The translations under genes were made by a program, and so were the position numbers. A stretch of DNA of 64,000 nt from an uncultured Rivularia sp. (lineage in GTDB: Bacteria > Cyanobacteriota > Cyanobacteriia > Cyanobacteriales > Nostocaceae), in the NCBI GenBank assembly GCA_963665115.1, contig OY762007.1, positions 6,560,001 to 6,624,000 of the forward strand, in the 5' to 3' direction. Position 1 is the stretch's first letter. Each line of letters begins with the position of its first letter. The notes beneath the pieces were generated by a model. That model searched no databases, was not told the DNA's origin, and worked only from the letters and a program-made list of their open reading frames with translations. This document shows positions 32,283 to 43,080 of this stretch, in pieces.

Positions 32283-32852
32283 ATGTTTATGTTTGTGAAA
32301 AAACGTCCCAAAAGCCAATTTCTATTATGGAACCGTTGGTTAGATCGGCACAGAATAGTCAGCAATATGGAGACTTTTTGCGACTTAGTTGTTATTTCTC
32401 TATGTTTTTGTTTGTTCTCTGTAATGGTAGTCAAGTTATGGGGGATATTTCACGATATATTGCATTCTGTTAATTACAAAGAAGTAACTGCAAAAATGCT
32501 ATTTATTTTAATTTTAGTCGAGTTATTTCGACTATTAGTGGTGTATCTACAAGAGCATAGCATTGCAGTTGGAGTCGCCGTGGAAGTAACGATTGTATCT
32601 TTGCTACGAGAGGTAATCGTTCATGGTGCGATGGAAATTTCTTGGATTCAAGTAGCTTCTATTTGTGGTTTATTAATAATTTTGGGTGTATTACTACTCG
32701 TGTGCGCTAAAACTCCACATATGGATTGTATTAGCGCTAATACTAAATATTGTCCTTTTATTTATCCTGACGACAACCAAGAATCTTCTGGAGGTTGTGG
32801 GCAAGGAAGAACATCGAATCATTATCAGGAGAATAGGCAAGTTAAAACTTAG
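32283..32852 (+). CDS. Phosphate-starvation-inducible PsiE family membrane protein
   Basis: LFILILVELFRLL..YL..EVTIVSLLREVI. Confidence 0.75.
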   Translation: MFMFVKKRPKSQFLLWNRWLDRHRIVSNMETFCDLVVISLCFCLFSVMVVKLWGIFHDILHSVNYKEVTAKMLFILILVELFRLLVVYLQEHSIAVGVAVEVTIVSLLREVIVHGAMEISWIQVASICGLLIILGVLLLVCAKTPHMDCISANTKYCPFIYPDDNQESSGGCGQGRTSNHYQENRQVKT

Positions 32853-32877
32853 CCTTTATCTATATTTTAATTTGATG

Positions 32878-32902
32878 AAAACCCGTCAATGGCGGGTTTT
32901 TT
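32878..32902 (+). terminator. Intrinsic terminator
   Basis: aaaacccgtcaatggcgggtttttt. Confidence 0.75.
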
Positions 32903-32903
32903 A

Positions 32904-32990
32904 ATTGGGGATTGGGGATTGGGCATGGGGGATTGGGGATTGGGGATTGGGGATTGGGCATGGGGAATTGGGCATGGGGAATTGGGGAAT
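32904..32990. repeat. STRR (GGGGATT/GGGCATG)n
   Basis: About 12 tandem heptamers. Confidence 0.9.
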
Positions 32991-33307
32991 AAATTTTTTA
33001 TATTTCTACCCGTTATAATTTAATGTTAGAAATATTCCGTAATTGGGTTATTTCAGCCTAAATAAACCCGGTTTCTATTCGTGAAGATATGAATATATTG
33101 TTATCTAATCAACAAGAAACCGGGTTTATAACACCCTTGTAAAATGTGAAGTTGGAATACCGCTAAATTAAACCGCTTGCTACAATTTTGACAAAGCTGA
33201 TTGATATAATCTGGGCTTTTTCTCAATATAATTACGGTTTTTATGTTTTAGGGGTAAAAATAGTCTTTAGTAATTGAGCATAATATTTCACTAAGATTAA
33301 TAAAAAT

Positions 33308-33625
33308 ATGAATAAAAAAAATATTACTAAAATTGCTGTTGGTTTCGTAATTGCTTATACCCTTTCTTATGTCGGGATTCGATTAACAAGTAACAGCATT
33401 GTTCATGGTTCCGGAACTTCTGGCTGTACTTATTATTATCATAGTGTGGAACCGGGGGACTCTGGTATCATCGGTTTATTGATTAATGGACAATTGGCAT
33501 TGCTATTTACTCCTTTACGTTGGCTGGAAGTGAGATATTGGTACGCAGTTCAACCAGTTGGTTCCCAACTTTCAGAACAGGATAAAAAGCGTAATAAATT
33601 TGCATCTTGTACCAATGAAACTTGA
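33308..33625 (+). CDS. Hypothetical membrane protein
   Basis: 105-aa ATG ORF with N-terminal TM segment. Confidence 0.6.
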   Translation: MNKKNITKIAVGFVIAYTLSYVGIRLTSNSIVHGSGTSGCTYYYHSVEPGDSGIIGLLINGQLALLFTPLRWLEVRYWYAVQPVGSQLSEQDKKRNKFASCTNET

Positions 33626-33790
33626 TGTTAAAGCTGTTCAAATTATAATATCTCAAAAGAAAAATTTTGACTCTATAGCAAGGATGTATTTAATCCTACC
33701 CTTTTGGACAGATGAATAACTTTTACCCAATCGGTAAAAGTGAAAAAAGCGCGAATTGTGCTTTCAATTATCTGGGCGCGTTGTATGAAC

Positions 33791-34222
33791 CTATTGAGAA
33801 TAATTTTCTCTCTTAAAGGATAAATAACGACTTAAATCTTTGTTAGTAGCCATATAAATTGGAATAATGGCACAGAGAACAACCATAATCAAACTTCCAA
33901 CGACGAGAATGGTAGAGAGCTTTGAACTGAGAGCCAAAACCATTGCGATTAAAAGCACAACCAGCAAACTACAGATACCCATCAACAGATATTTTGCCCA
34001 TTTTCGCCCTTGCAAAACAAAGTACATAACTATGATTGTTAGTAAGATGCGTCCAATTGCCCACTTATCCCGTGCAATCACGACTAACGCTATATCTAGG
34101 ATACAAAGCACCACAAACATAGTTAGTAATGTATTTCGAGCTTTCAAGGCAGATAGATCTGGTTGGAGCATAGCTTTTGGATGATGTTCTAAGGATAAAA
34201 TTAGAAAAAATCTTCGTTTCAA
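33791..34222 (-). CDS. Hypothetical 4-TM membrane protein
   Basis: Four hydrophobic helices with G.KWA motif; start probably at MLQPD. Confidence 0.65.
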   Translation of the reverse strand: MKRRFFLILSLEHHPKAMLQPDLSALKARNTLLTMFVVLCILDIALVVIARDKWAIGRILLTIIVMYFVLQGRKWAKYLLMGICSLLVVLLIAMVLALSSKLSTILVVGSLIMVVLCAIIPIYMATNKDLSRYLSFKRENYSQ

Positions 34223-34387
34223 TCCAATATTAGTGGTTAACTTCTCGTTTACGTGTAAATTTTCCCGCCCACCTACTTACACGCCAAGAAAACGGTTTGT
34301 TAGGCGCGAAACACATACTCCATCACAGTTTAAATTAACTATCGCGCCATAACGCACCCTACATTTCAATTACCAATCACCAATTAC

Positions 34388-35716
34388 CTATTCACTTTCC
34401 AATTGACTCAAATTGATTGATTCATTGTGCAATATTCTGACCAAAATCTTATCAACGCGGTTGCCATCCATATTCATGACTTCAAAACGCATATCTTTCC
34501 ATTCAAAGTGATCTGTAGCGATGGGAATCCGACCTAAATGAGTCATAACTAAGCCACCTAATGTTTGGTAACTGTCGCGGGAGTGGGATTCTATTTCTTC
34601 TTCCATGTCGAAAAGTTCAAAAAACTCATCCATTGTTAACATCCCATCGAGTAACCACGAACCATCGTCTCTTTGTACGGCTTGTGGTTCTTCTTCCTCA
34701 TCGTCATCGTTAGGGACATCACCGACAATTTCAATTAATATGTCGTTCAATGTTACCAATCCTTGAATTACTCCATATTCATCAACCACCAACGCTACAT
34801 GATTAACGGTTTGCTTGAATATCTCTAAAACTTTTAACCCACGGGTGCTTTCGGGTACGAATATCGGCTCTCGCAATCCTACCGTTAAATCCATCTGTTC
34901 TCCAGTAAAACAGCGAGCTAATAAGTTGGTGACTGGAATAATTCCCAATATATTATCTAATCCTTCTTGACACACCGGATACCGCGAATAGCCATTTTCA
35001 ATAATTTTCTCGCGGTTTTGAGTAATATTATCTACCAAATCCAACCAGATCATTTCCGGACGTGGTGTCATGAACGAACTTACCGGGCGATCGCCTAAAC
35101 GAAACACCCGCTCTACCATGTCCTGCTCTACTTCTTCAAAGGTTCCTTCTTCGGTGCCTTGTTCGATTAATACTTTGATTTCTTCTTCTGTAATTTGCGG
35201 TTCGGTGGAAGGTTTAATTCCTAATAATCGTACTATTGTATCTGTACAAACACTTAATATAAATACAACTGGGTAAGCAATTTTTACTAAGTTTTTTATC
35301 GGCAAAGCAACAATAGTCGCAATTAACTCTGGGTGATTTAGCGCCAAACGCTTGGGTACGAGTTCACCGAGAATAATCGCTAAAAATGTAATAATTACTA
35401 CTGATATACCATGAGCTACCTGAAATTGATATAAAGGAATAAAATTTAAAAGTGGATATATTCTTTCATAAATAATTTGTTCTCCGAAGGCACCAGCGAC
35501 GATAGTAACTAAAGTTATCCCGACTTGAACGGTACCTAAAAATTGGGTCGGAGAGGAAGCTAACTCAAAAGCGGCTCTGGCTCTGGTGTTTCCTTGGTTG
35601 GCAAGCTGTTGTAAACGGACTTTACGAGCGGAAACTATCGCTAACTCCGACATGACGAACATGGCATTAGCGAAAATCAGCAGAAAAATAATTAATAACT
35701 CAAAATTAAGGGACAT
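34388..35716 (-). CDS. Hemolysin/TlyC family protein (CNNM + CBS + CorC_HlyC)
   Basis: SELAIVSARK, GELVPKRLA, MTPR, YSRYPV, VVDEYG, TLGG, MDGNRVDK. Confidence 0.92.
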   Translation of the reverse strand: MSLNFELLIIFLLIFANAMFVMSELAIVSARKVRLQQLANQGNTRARAAFELASSPTQFLGTVQVGITLVTIVAGAFGEQIIYERIYPLLNFIPLYQFQVAHGISVVIITFLAIILGELVPKRLALNHPELIATIVALPIKNLVKIAYPVVFILSVCTDTIVRLLGIKPSTEPQITEEEIKVLIEQGTEEGTFEEVEQDMVERVFRLGDRPVSSFMTPRPEMIWLDLVDNITQNREKIIENGYSRYPVCQEGLDNILGIIPVTNLLARCFTGEQMDLTVGLREPIFVPESTRGLKVLEIFKQTVNHVALVVDEYGVIQGLVTLNDILIEIVGDVPNDDDEEEEPQAVQRDDGSWLLDGMLTMDEFFELFDMEEEIESHSRDSYQTLGGLVMTHLGRIPIATDHFEWKDMRFEVMNMDGNRVDKILVRILHNESINLSQLESE

Positions 35717-36178
35717 TCTAAAAAATTGCCGTTCTTTTTCGGCTAGTTATGCACGGTTATAGTCTTTAAGTATTTAGCATCCCAGACGTACTAAGAAAAG
35801 ACTCTAAATACATAAAATTTAAAATTTAATCCGAGAAAGAAACTTCTTGCCGAATACAGAACACACTTACGTATAGTAGGCAGGGGCCAGTGTGGTAATT
35901 TTACTAGTAAAAAACGGTAATGAGCAAAATTGACCGTTGACGCTTCTAAAATAGTTAAGTAGGCATTCATAAAAAAGACTTGTTGCCTGTATTTTAGAAA
36001 AGGGATAATTTCTTTACTTATACCTCGATTTATTGAGGTAAAGGTCTGTTATATCTACAAATCAACCTTTACGATCGGCTAAATCTCCCGTGCCAACTCC
36101 AGCACCATAGTAGGTCGTATTGCGGTTTAGCTAAAGGGATGCGGCTGATTTTAATTACGAATTACGAATTATAAAGTT

Positions 36179-39100
36179 ATGGCTTTTTCTTCCATAGTGC
36201 GTGCTTTGGGGCGTACCCCTCTCACCACCGAACTACTTTCTAAGTTAAAGACTCAAACACAATTACAGTTAAATGGGATTCCACGTTTACCAAAAGGGTT
36301 GGTTGCTTCGGCATTAGCGAATAGTTCGGAGCGGAACTTATTTGTAGTCTGCGCTACTTTGGAAGAAGCCGGACGTTGGACTACACAATTGGAAGCGATG
36401 GGATGGAAGACTATACATTTTTATCCCACTTCTGAAGCTTCCCCCTACGAACCGTTCGATCCCGAAACAGAAATGACTTGGGGGCAAATGCAGGTTCTCG
36501 CCGATTTAATTAAGTTAACTCCCCAATCTGAAAAGTCGGATAATTCTGACTCTGTAGCAGTAATCGCCACTCAAGCAGCTTTACAACCCCATTTACCACC
36601 TCCCGAAGCATTCAAGCCTTTCTGTTTGAATATTGCCAAGGGAATGGAATTTAATCTGGGTACCTTTGCCAAAAAAATGGCTGCTTTGGGATACGAAAGA
36701 GTTCCTTTGGTTGAAATGGAAGGTACTTGGAGCCGTCGGGGAGATATTGTAGATGTGTTTCCCGTATCTTCGGAATTACCTGTACGTTTGGATTGGTTTG
36801 GCGACGAAATCGACCAAATCCGCGAATTCGATCCTTCTACTCAGCGTTCTGCTTTAGATAAAATTAACCAAATAATTCTTACTCCTACTAGTTTTGCTCC
36901 TATCTTAATGTCAGACACACAATTTAGTGCGTCTATAGAAAATTATCTATCACCAGAAGAAAAAGAACAGTTAGAATCGGGACGGTTATTAGAAGGTACC
37001 CGCAGATTCTTGGGTGTAGCTTACGAAAAACCCGCTTCTTTATTAGATTATTTACCAGAAAATACTTTAGTTGCCGTTGATGAAATAGAGCAGTGTTACG
37101 CTCACAGTTTGCTTTGGGTGGAGAATGCCCAGGAGCAATGGCTTGGGGAAGGAGAGGGGGAGAGGGGGGGACAAGGGGATGATGATAATTCTCTTATTAC
37201 CGATGCCCAATCCCCGATGCCCGATGCCCAATCCCCCATGCCCCATATTCAATTACCAAAAATTCACCGTTTTTGGGAAGATTGTCTCAAAGATTTAGAT
37301 AAATTTGAAAGTTTGTATTTGTCGGAGATTGCTGAGGAAGGTGATGATGCTGTTAATTTGGCGGCTCGTTCGATTCCGGTGACTCCTCATGCTTTTGCAA
37401 AGTTGGCGGAGACTTTAAGGGAAGAGCGCGATCGCAATTTTAATATTTGGCTAATTTCGGCTCAACCTTCTCGTTCGGTTTCTCTTTTACAGGAACACGA
37501 TTGTCCGGCTCAGTTTATTCCTAACCCCCGCGATTATCAAGCTATCGATCGCTCGTTGACTAGTCACGTACCTGTAGCTGTGAAATATTCGGGGTTGGCT
37601 GAGTTAGAAGGTTTTATTTTACCTACTTACAGAATTGTTGTTGTCACCGATAAGGAATTCTACGGACAGCATACTTTAGCGACTCCCGGTTATGTCCGCA
37701 AGCGTCGTAAAGCTAGTTCTAAGCAGGTAGATCCTAACAAGTTACGTCCGGGTGATTATGTAATTCATAGAAATCACGGTTTAGGCCAATTTATTAAGTT
37801 GGAAAGTCTGACATTAAATCATGAAACCCGCGATTATTTAGTTGTTAAGTATGCAGATGGATTATTACGAGTAGCAGCCGATCAAGTTGGTGCTTTATCT
37901 CGTTTTCGGACAACTACCAACTCGTCACCGCAATTAAATAAAATGACGGGTAAGGCTTGGGAAAATACAAAGAATAAAGTCCGCAAAACCGTTAAAAAAT
38001 TAGCGGTTGATTTATTAAGACTGTATTCTCAACGCACCCAACAAACTGGTTTTACCTATCCCCAGGATTCCCCTTGGCAGGAAGAGATGGAAGATTCTTT
38101 TCCTTATCAACCTACAATCGATCAGTTAAAAGCAACCCAAGATGTCAAACGGGATATGGAAAGCGAACGTCCGATGGATCGTTTGGTTTGCGGTGATGTG
38201 GGTTTTGGTAAAACTGAGGTGGCAATAAGAGCGATTTTCAAAGCTGTGACTTCTGGTAAACAAGTTGCATTACTCGCACCTACAACAATTCTTACCCAGC
38301 AGCATTATCACACTTTAAAAGAACGATTTGCACCTTACCCGATCGAAGTTGGATTGCTCAACCGTTTTCGTAGTGCTGAAGAAAAACGGAATATTCAAAA
38401 ACGATTGCTGACGGGAGAATTAGATATAGTTGTCGGTACCCATCAACTTTTAGGTAAAAGCGTTCAAATTAAAGATTTAGGATTATTAGTAGTAGATGAA
38501 GAGCAAAGATTTGGGGTTAATCAAAAAGAGAAAATAAAATCCTTGAAAACTCAAGTTGACGTACTTACTTTAAGTGCAACACCAATTCCCCGTACTTTGT
38601 ATATGTCCTTATCGGGAATAAGAGAAATGAGTTTGATTACCACACCACCACCATCAAGAAGACCAATTAAAACTCATCTTTCACCAATGAATCCCGAACC
38701 GATTCGTACCGCCATACGTCAAGAGTTAGACAGAGGCGGACAAGTATTTTACGTAGTTCCGCGAGTCGATGGAATTGAAGACAAATCGGCATTTATCCGA
38801 GAAATGATACCGAATGCAAAGATTGCGATCGCGCACGGCCAAATGGAAGCCAGCGAATTAGAATCGATCATGCTTTCTTTCAGTAGTGGGGAAGCAGATA
38901 TTTTAATTTGTACGACTATTATTGAATCGGGTTTGGACATTCCGCGAGTTAATACAATATTAGTAGAAGATGCTCATAAATTTGGATTGGCGCAACTTTA
39001 TCAGTTGAGGGGAAGAGTTGGGCGGGCTGGAATTCAAGCTCATGCATGGTTATTTTATCCCAGACAAAGATCGTTATCGGAAGCAGCCAGGAAAAGATTG

Positions 39101-39757
39101 CGAGCAATTCAGGAATTTACCCAGCTAGGTTCCGGTTATCAACTAGCAATGCGAGACATGGAAATCAGGGGGGTTGGTAACTTATTGGGAGCAGAGCAAT
39201 CGGGACAAATGAACGTTATCGGCTTCGATTTATATATGGAAATGTTAGAAGAAGCCATTCGGGAAATTCGCGGACAAGAAATTCCGACAGTGGAAGATAC
39301 ACAAATCGATTTGAATTTGACAGCGTTTATTCCAGCAGATTATATTACCGACTTAGATCAGAAAATGAGCGCTTATCGTGCGGTAGCAGTAGCCAATTCC
39401 AAACAAGAATTAACATTAATAGCAGCCGAATGGAACGATAGATACGGTAAAGTACCCACATCAGCTAATGATTTGTTACGGGTTATGGAATTAAAGCAAT
39501 TAGCCAAGAACTTGGGATTTAGCCGGATAAAACCAGATGGGAAACAACATATTGTTTTAGAAACTCCGATGGAAGAACCCGGTTGGAAATTGTTAGCAGA
39601 AAAACTACCGCAGAATATGATGAGTAGGTTTGTATATTCTCCTGGGAAAGTAACAGTTAGAGGATTGGGAGTAATGAAAGCAGATGTGCAATTGCAAACC
39701 TTGATAGATGCATTTATTAAGATGCAGGATGCTGTGCCCGAAGTTGTGATGGTATAG
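36179..39757 (+). CDS. mfd: Transcription-repair coupling factor
   Basis: CarD-like [42 protein letters not shown]-terminus. Confidence 0.97.
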   Translation: MAFSSIVRALGRTPLTTELLSKLKTQTQLQLNGIPRLPKGLVASALANSSERNLFVVCATLEEAGRWTTQLEAMGWKTIHFYPTSEASPYEPFDPETEMTWGQMQVLADLIKLTPQSEKSDNSDSVAVIATQAALQPHLPPPEAFKPFCLNIAKGMEFNLGTFAKKMAALGYERVPLVEMEGTWSRRGDIVDVFPVSSELPVRLDWFGDEIDQIREFDPSTQRSALDKINQIILTPTSFAPILMSDTQFSASIENYLSPEEKEQLESGRLLEGTRRFLGVAYEKPASLLDYLPENTLVAVDEIEQCYAHSLLWVENAQEQWLGEGEGERGGQGDDDNSLITDAQSPMPDAQSPMPHIQLPKIHRFWEDCLKDLDKFESLYLSEIAEEGDDAVNLAARSIPVTPHAFAKLAETLREERDRNFNIWLISAQPSRSVSLLQEHDCPAQFIPNPRDYQAIDRSLTSHVPVAVKYSGLAELEGFILPTYRIVVVTDKEFYGQHTLATPGYVRKRRKASSKQVDPNKLRPGDYVIHRNHGLGQFIKLESLTLNHETRDYLVVKYADGLLRVAADQVGALSRFRTTTNSSPQLNKMTGKAWENTKNKVRKTVKKLAVDLLRLYSQRTQQTGFTYPQDSPWQEEMEDSFPYQPTIDQLKATQDVKRDMESERPMDRLVCGDVGFGKTEVAIRAIFKAVTSGKQVALLAPTTILTQQHYHTLKERFAPYPIEVGLLNRFRSAEEKRNIQKRLLTGELDIVVGTHQLLGKSVQIKDLGLLVVDEEQRFGVNQKEKIKSLKTQVDVLTLSATPIPRTLYMSLSGIREMSLITTPPPSRRPIKTHLSPMNPEPIRTAIRQELDRGGQVFYVVPRVDGIEDKSAFIREMIPNAKIAIAHGQMEASELESIMLSFSSGEADILICTTIIESGLDIPRVNTILVEDAHKFGLAQLYQLRGRVGRAGIQAHAWLFYPRQRSLSEAARKRLRAIQEFTQLGSGYQLAMRDMEIRGVGNLLGAEQSGQMNVIGFDLYMEMLEEAIREIRGQEIPTVEDTQIDLNLTAFIPADYITDLDQKMSAYRAVAVANSKQELTLIAAEWNDRYGKVPTSANDLLRVMELKQLAKNLGFSRIKPDGKQHIVLETPMEEPGWKLLAEKLPQNMMSRFVYSPGKVTVRGLGVMKADVQLQTLIDAFIKMQDAVPEVVMV

Positions 39758-40139
39758 GTTAATTTTTGGAATGAATATCTGGCGATTGAAAATACCCGGT
39801 GATTGAAATCGCGTCTACACAGGCAAAACCCAGATGGTGCGTGGGTTTAGGTTTGTAGTTTGCGCTTCAGCGCTTCTTTTATTCGTAGAAAGCCCGACGA
39901 TTCAAATCGCACGTTGCTACAACGGCTGCGTTCCCCCGCAACGCAGTAGCTTGTCTACACAGGCAAAATCCACCTGGGTTTATTTGTAAGGTGCTGTTAT
40001 TAGGAGAGTACAGCACCATTCTTATATTGTTATTAAGCGGGATTTACCGATTACAAAATCAATATATAGTTGTTATTAATTGTGTATTAACTGTTTATTT
40101 AATTTAAATAAAATAAGTAATAATACATAGATATTAACA

Positions 40140-40586
40140 ATGAAAAAATTAATCTCAATTCTTTTAAGTACAATCACATTAACAGCTTGTTCCTCAGATA
40201 CATCTTCAGTTGCGTTACAAAGAGGAAATAATGGTAAAAACTTTGAGAATTGGTGTAAAGAGAAATCAACCTTACCTGAAGAGACACAGATTACGATTGA
40301 AATATTGTTAAAAGAAGCAGGTACTCAAGATTGTAGAAAAGCTAATCTAAAACTTGATAAATTAACTTACCTTTCTTTGACTCAGCTTCTACTTGGGCAA
40401 AATCAAATAAGTGACATCAAACCGCTTTCTAATTTGACTAATTTAACTAGACTTACTTTTCAACACAATAAAATAACTGACATAAAACCACTTTCTAATT
40501 TAACTAATTTGACTTGGCTTCAGCTTGATACAAATAGAATCACTGATATAAAACCGCTTTCTAATTTTTTAATTATAAATAATTAA
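40140..40586 (+). pseudogene. LRR lipoprotein A, truncated (about 3 repeats, no C-cap)
   Basis: LTAC lipobox, WC..KSTLP..GTQDC cap; ends abruptly against the convergent gene. Confidence 0.7.
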
Positions 40587-40948
40587 TATCCCTCTCCAGA
40601 AAACTCCTTTCTCAAAATACTATCTGCATTATCAATACAAGCTTCATACTTATCTTGCTCTGTTTCTTCAGGCAATTGAATGCATTCCCATTGCAAATAA
40701 AATCTTCTAACCTCGCTGTCAATATTGAAATTAATTGAAGCATCATTTTCTAAAGCTGTTTTATAGCAATCTGTAAACTTATCCCTATCCTTAATAAAGT
40801 CAATACAGCTTTCTTGATGATTACTTAACTTGTTCCAAGTCCTCATTTGTGTATTTTGCTCCATTCCAGCGGACGCATCGTATAAACTGCATCCCGTCAA
40901 TAAAATAGCTGCGATATGAATTAAAGAGATATATTTATATTTTTTCAT
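40583..40948 (-). CDS. Small Cys-containing lipoprotein, hypothetical
   Basis: LTGC lipobox and four further Cys residues. Confidence 0.7.
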   Translation of the reverse strand: MKKYKYISLIHIAAILLTGCSLYDASAGMEQNTQMRTWNKLSNHQESCIDFIKDRDKFTDCYKTALENDASINFNIDSEVRRFYLQWECIQLPEETEQDKYEACIDNADSILRKEFSGEGY

Positions 40949-41109
40949 TTGCGTTTTTGAAGGGTGGTTTTATCTATAGACTGCAAACCACAACTCTAGT
41001 TTCTCTAGATATGATTTCCAATTAATTCCGTTAGTGCGTTCAGCTATGCTGCCTCTATCGCGCAGATGTGCAGCTAATGGCATTAAGGTGAAGCTTCGGA
41101 ACTCCTTCT

Positions 41110-41181
41110 CTACATCAAATCTTTAATCAAACCGAGTTGATACCTTACGAAATCAAGATTGTGTGTTATGAAGTATGTATT
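41110..41181 (+). promoter_or_regulatory. Conserved ~72-bp element upstream of LRR genes (copies 53295-53366, 54885-54956, partial ending 52508)
   Basis: ACATCAAATCTTTAATCAAA..ATACCTTACGAAAT..TGTTATGAAGTATGTATT; ends 50 bp before the ATG in two copies. Confidence 0.75.
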
Positions 41182-41230
41182 AGACAACTTTTATAGTCTC
41201 TAATGATACTATATGTTACGTAATAACACT

Positions 41231-42796
41231 ATGAAACAAAATATAATATTCCTTTTCACTCTAATTACTATTACATCCTGTACGAAAAACGAACAAACAG
41301 TCGCAACCCCACAACCGGACATCTCTTACGACAGTTTCATAGAATGGTGCGAACAAAAATCTACACTACCAAAAGAAACGAAACATACAGTAGAAGTGCT
41401 GTTGAAAAAAGCTGCTACTCAAGATTGTCAGCAAGCAGATGAAAAACTTAGCGATTTGACCGAACTCGATGTTATGGGAAGTGGAATAAGTAACATAAAA
41501 CCGCTTTCTGGGTTTACTAAATTGACTAAACTTTACCTTGGTTATAATAACAAAATAAGTGACATAAAACCGCTTGCAAATTTAACTAATTTAACTATTC
41601 TTAGGCTTGAACAAAATCATCTTAACGATATAAAACCGCTTGCTAAGTTAACTAAATTGACCTGGCTTGAGCTTACCAGAAATAAAATAAGTGACGTAAA
41701 ACCGCTCTCTAATTTAACTAATCTGACGACCCTTAGAATTAACGAAAACCAAATAAGTGATGTCAAACCACTTGAAAATTTAACTAATTTGACTGAACTT
41801 GGTCTTGGAGAAAACCAAATAAGTGATGTCAAACCACTTGAAAATTTAACTAATTTGACTCACCTTAATCTTGGAAAAAATCAAATAAGTGACATAAAAC
41901 CGCTTGCGAATTTAACTAAGCTAAATTACCTATTTTTAGGAACAAATCAAATAAGTGACTTAAAACCACTTGAAAATTTAACTAATTTGACTGACCTTTA
42001 CCTTTGGAATAATAAAATAGGTGACGTAAAACCGCTAGCGAATTTAACTAATTTGACTCAACTTACTATTACAAATAATCAAATCAACGATATAAAACCT
42101 TTAGCTTCCTTAACTAAATTGAATTCGTTGGAAGTTGGAACAAATAAAATAACTGACGTAAAACCGATTTCGACCTTAACTAATTTATATACTTTGCAAC
42201 TTAATAATAATAAAATAAGTAACTTGCAGCCGCTTGAAAATTTAAGCAACTTGACTCTACTTCAACTTGAAAATAATCAGATAGAAGATGTAAAACCGCT
42301 TGCTAATTTGAATAAACTGACTGACCTTTCCCTTGGGGAAAATAAAATAAGTGATGTCAAACCGCTGAAAAATTTGACTAAACTAACTAGTATTAGGCTT
42401 CACAGTAATCAAATGAGTGACCTAAAACCACTTTCTTCATTGACCAATTTAACTTCGCTTGGGCTTGGGGGAAATAAAATAAGTGACCTAAACCCACTTG
42501 CAAATTTAATTAATTTGGAGCAACTTGAACTTACAAATAATCAAATTAATGATGTAAAACCGCTCTCTTCACTGATTAAGTTAACTGGACTTCACCTTAA
42601 GCAAAATCAAATTAGCAACGTCAAACCGCTCTCTTCACTGACCAATTTGACTTGGATTAATCTTAAATATAATCAAATAAGTGATGTAAAATCGCTTTCT
42701 TCACTGAATAATTTGAATTTGCTTTTTCTTGAGGAGAATAAATTCTCTTTCTTTAATAAACACTGTCCTAGAAAAGATATTACATGTTCTTTCTGA
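41231..42796 (+). CDS. Internalin-like LRR lipoprotein B
   Basis: ITSC lipobox, Cys N-cap, about 20 22-aa repeats, CP..C C-cap. Confidence 0.92.
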   Translation: MKQNIIFLFTLITITSCTKNEQTVATPQPDISYDSFIEWCEQKSTLPKETKHTVEVLLKKAATQDCQQADEKLSDLTELDVMGSGISNIKPLSGFTKLTKLYLGYNNKISDIKPLANLTNLTILRLEQNHLNDIKPLAKLTKLTWLELTRNKISDVKPLSNLTNLTTLRINENQISDVKPLENLTNLTELGLGENQISDVKPLENLTNLTHLNLGKNQISDIKPLANLTKLNYLFLGTNQISDLKPLENLTNLTDLYLWNNKIGDVKPLANLTNLTQLTITNNQINDIKPLASLTKLNSLEVGTNKITDVKPISTLTNLYTLQLNNNKISNLQPLENLSNLTLLQLENNQIEDVKPLANLNKLTDLSLGENKISDVKPLKNLTKLTSIRLHSNQMSDLKPLSSLTNLTSLGLGGNKISDLNPLANLINLEQLELTNNQINDVKPLSSLIKLTGLHLKQNQISNVKPLSSLTNLTWINLKYNQISDVKSLSSLNNLNLLFLEENKFSFFNKHCPRKDITCSF

Positions 42797-43080
42797 AGAA
42801 TGATTATATATTTCCTTTTTTTTGAATAATCAGATTATTAGCATAAATTAACCATTACTTAATCAATAACGGATTAACTCAGAATAATTACCATAACTTG
42901 TTTGTAAACCCCGAAAACATAACAAATCTATAGCTAAGTGAGTAATGAAGGATTTTTCATAGAAGTGATTTGTTGTTTTTGGGGTTCCCCCGAGTTGTGA
43001 AATAGTTCGTAAGTAATGGAAGAAAACAAGATAATCCTGAATCAAATAAAATTTAAATTTTGAATACAATTAATAAATAT

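Noticed and set aside
36060..36150. Possible structured leader RNA before mfd
   Set aside because: Only a weak gctaaa/tttagc pairing and no riboswitch consensus recognised.
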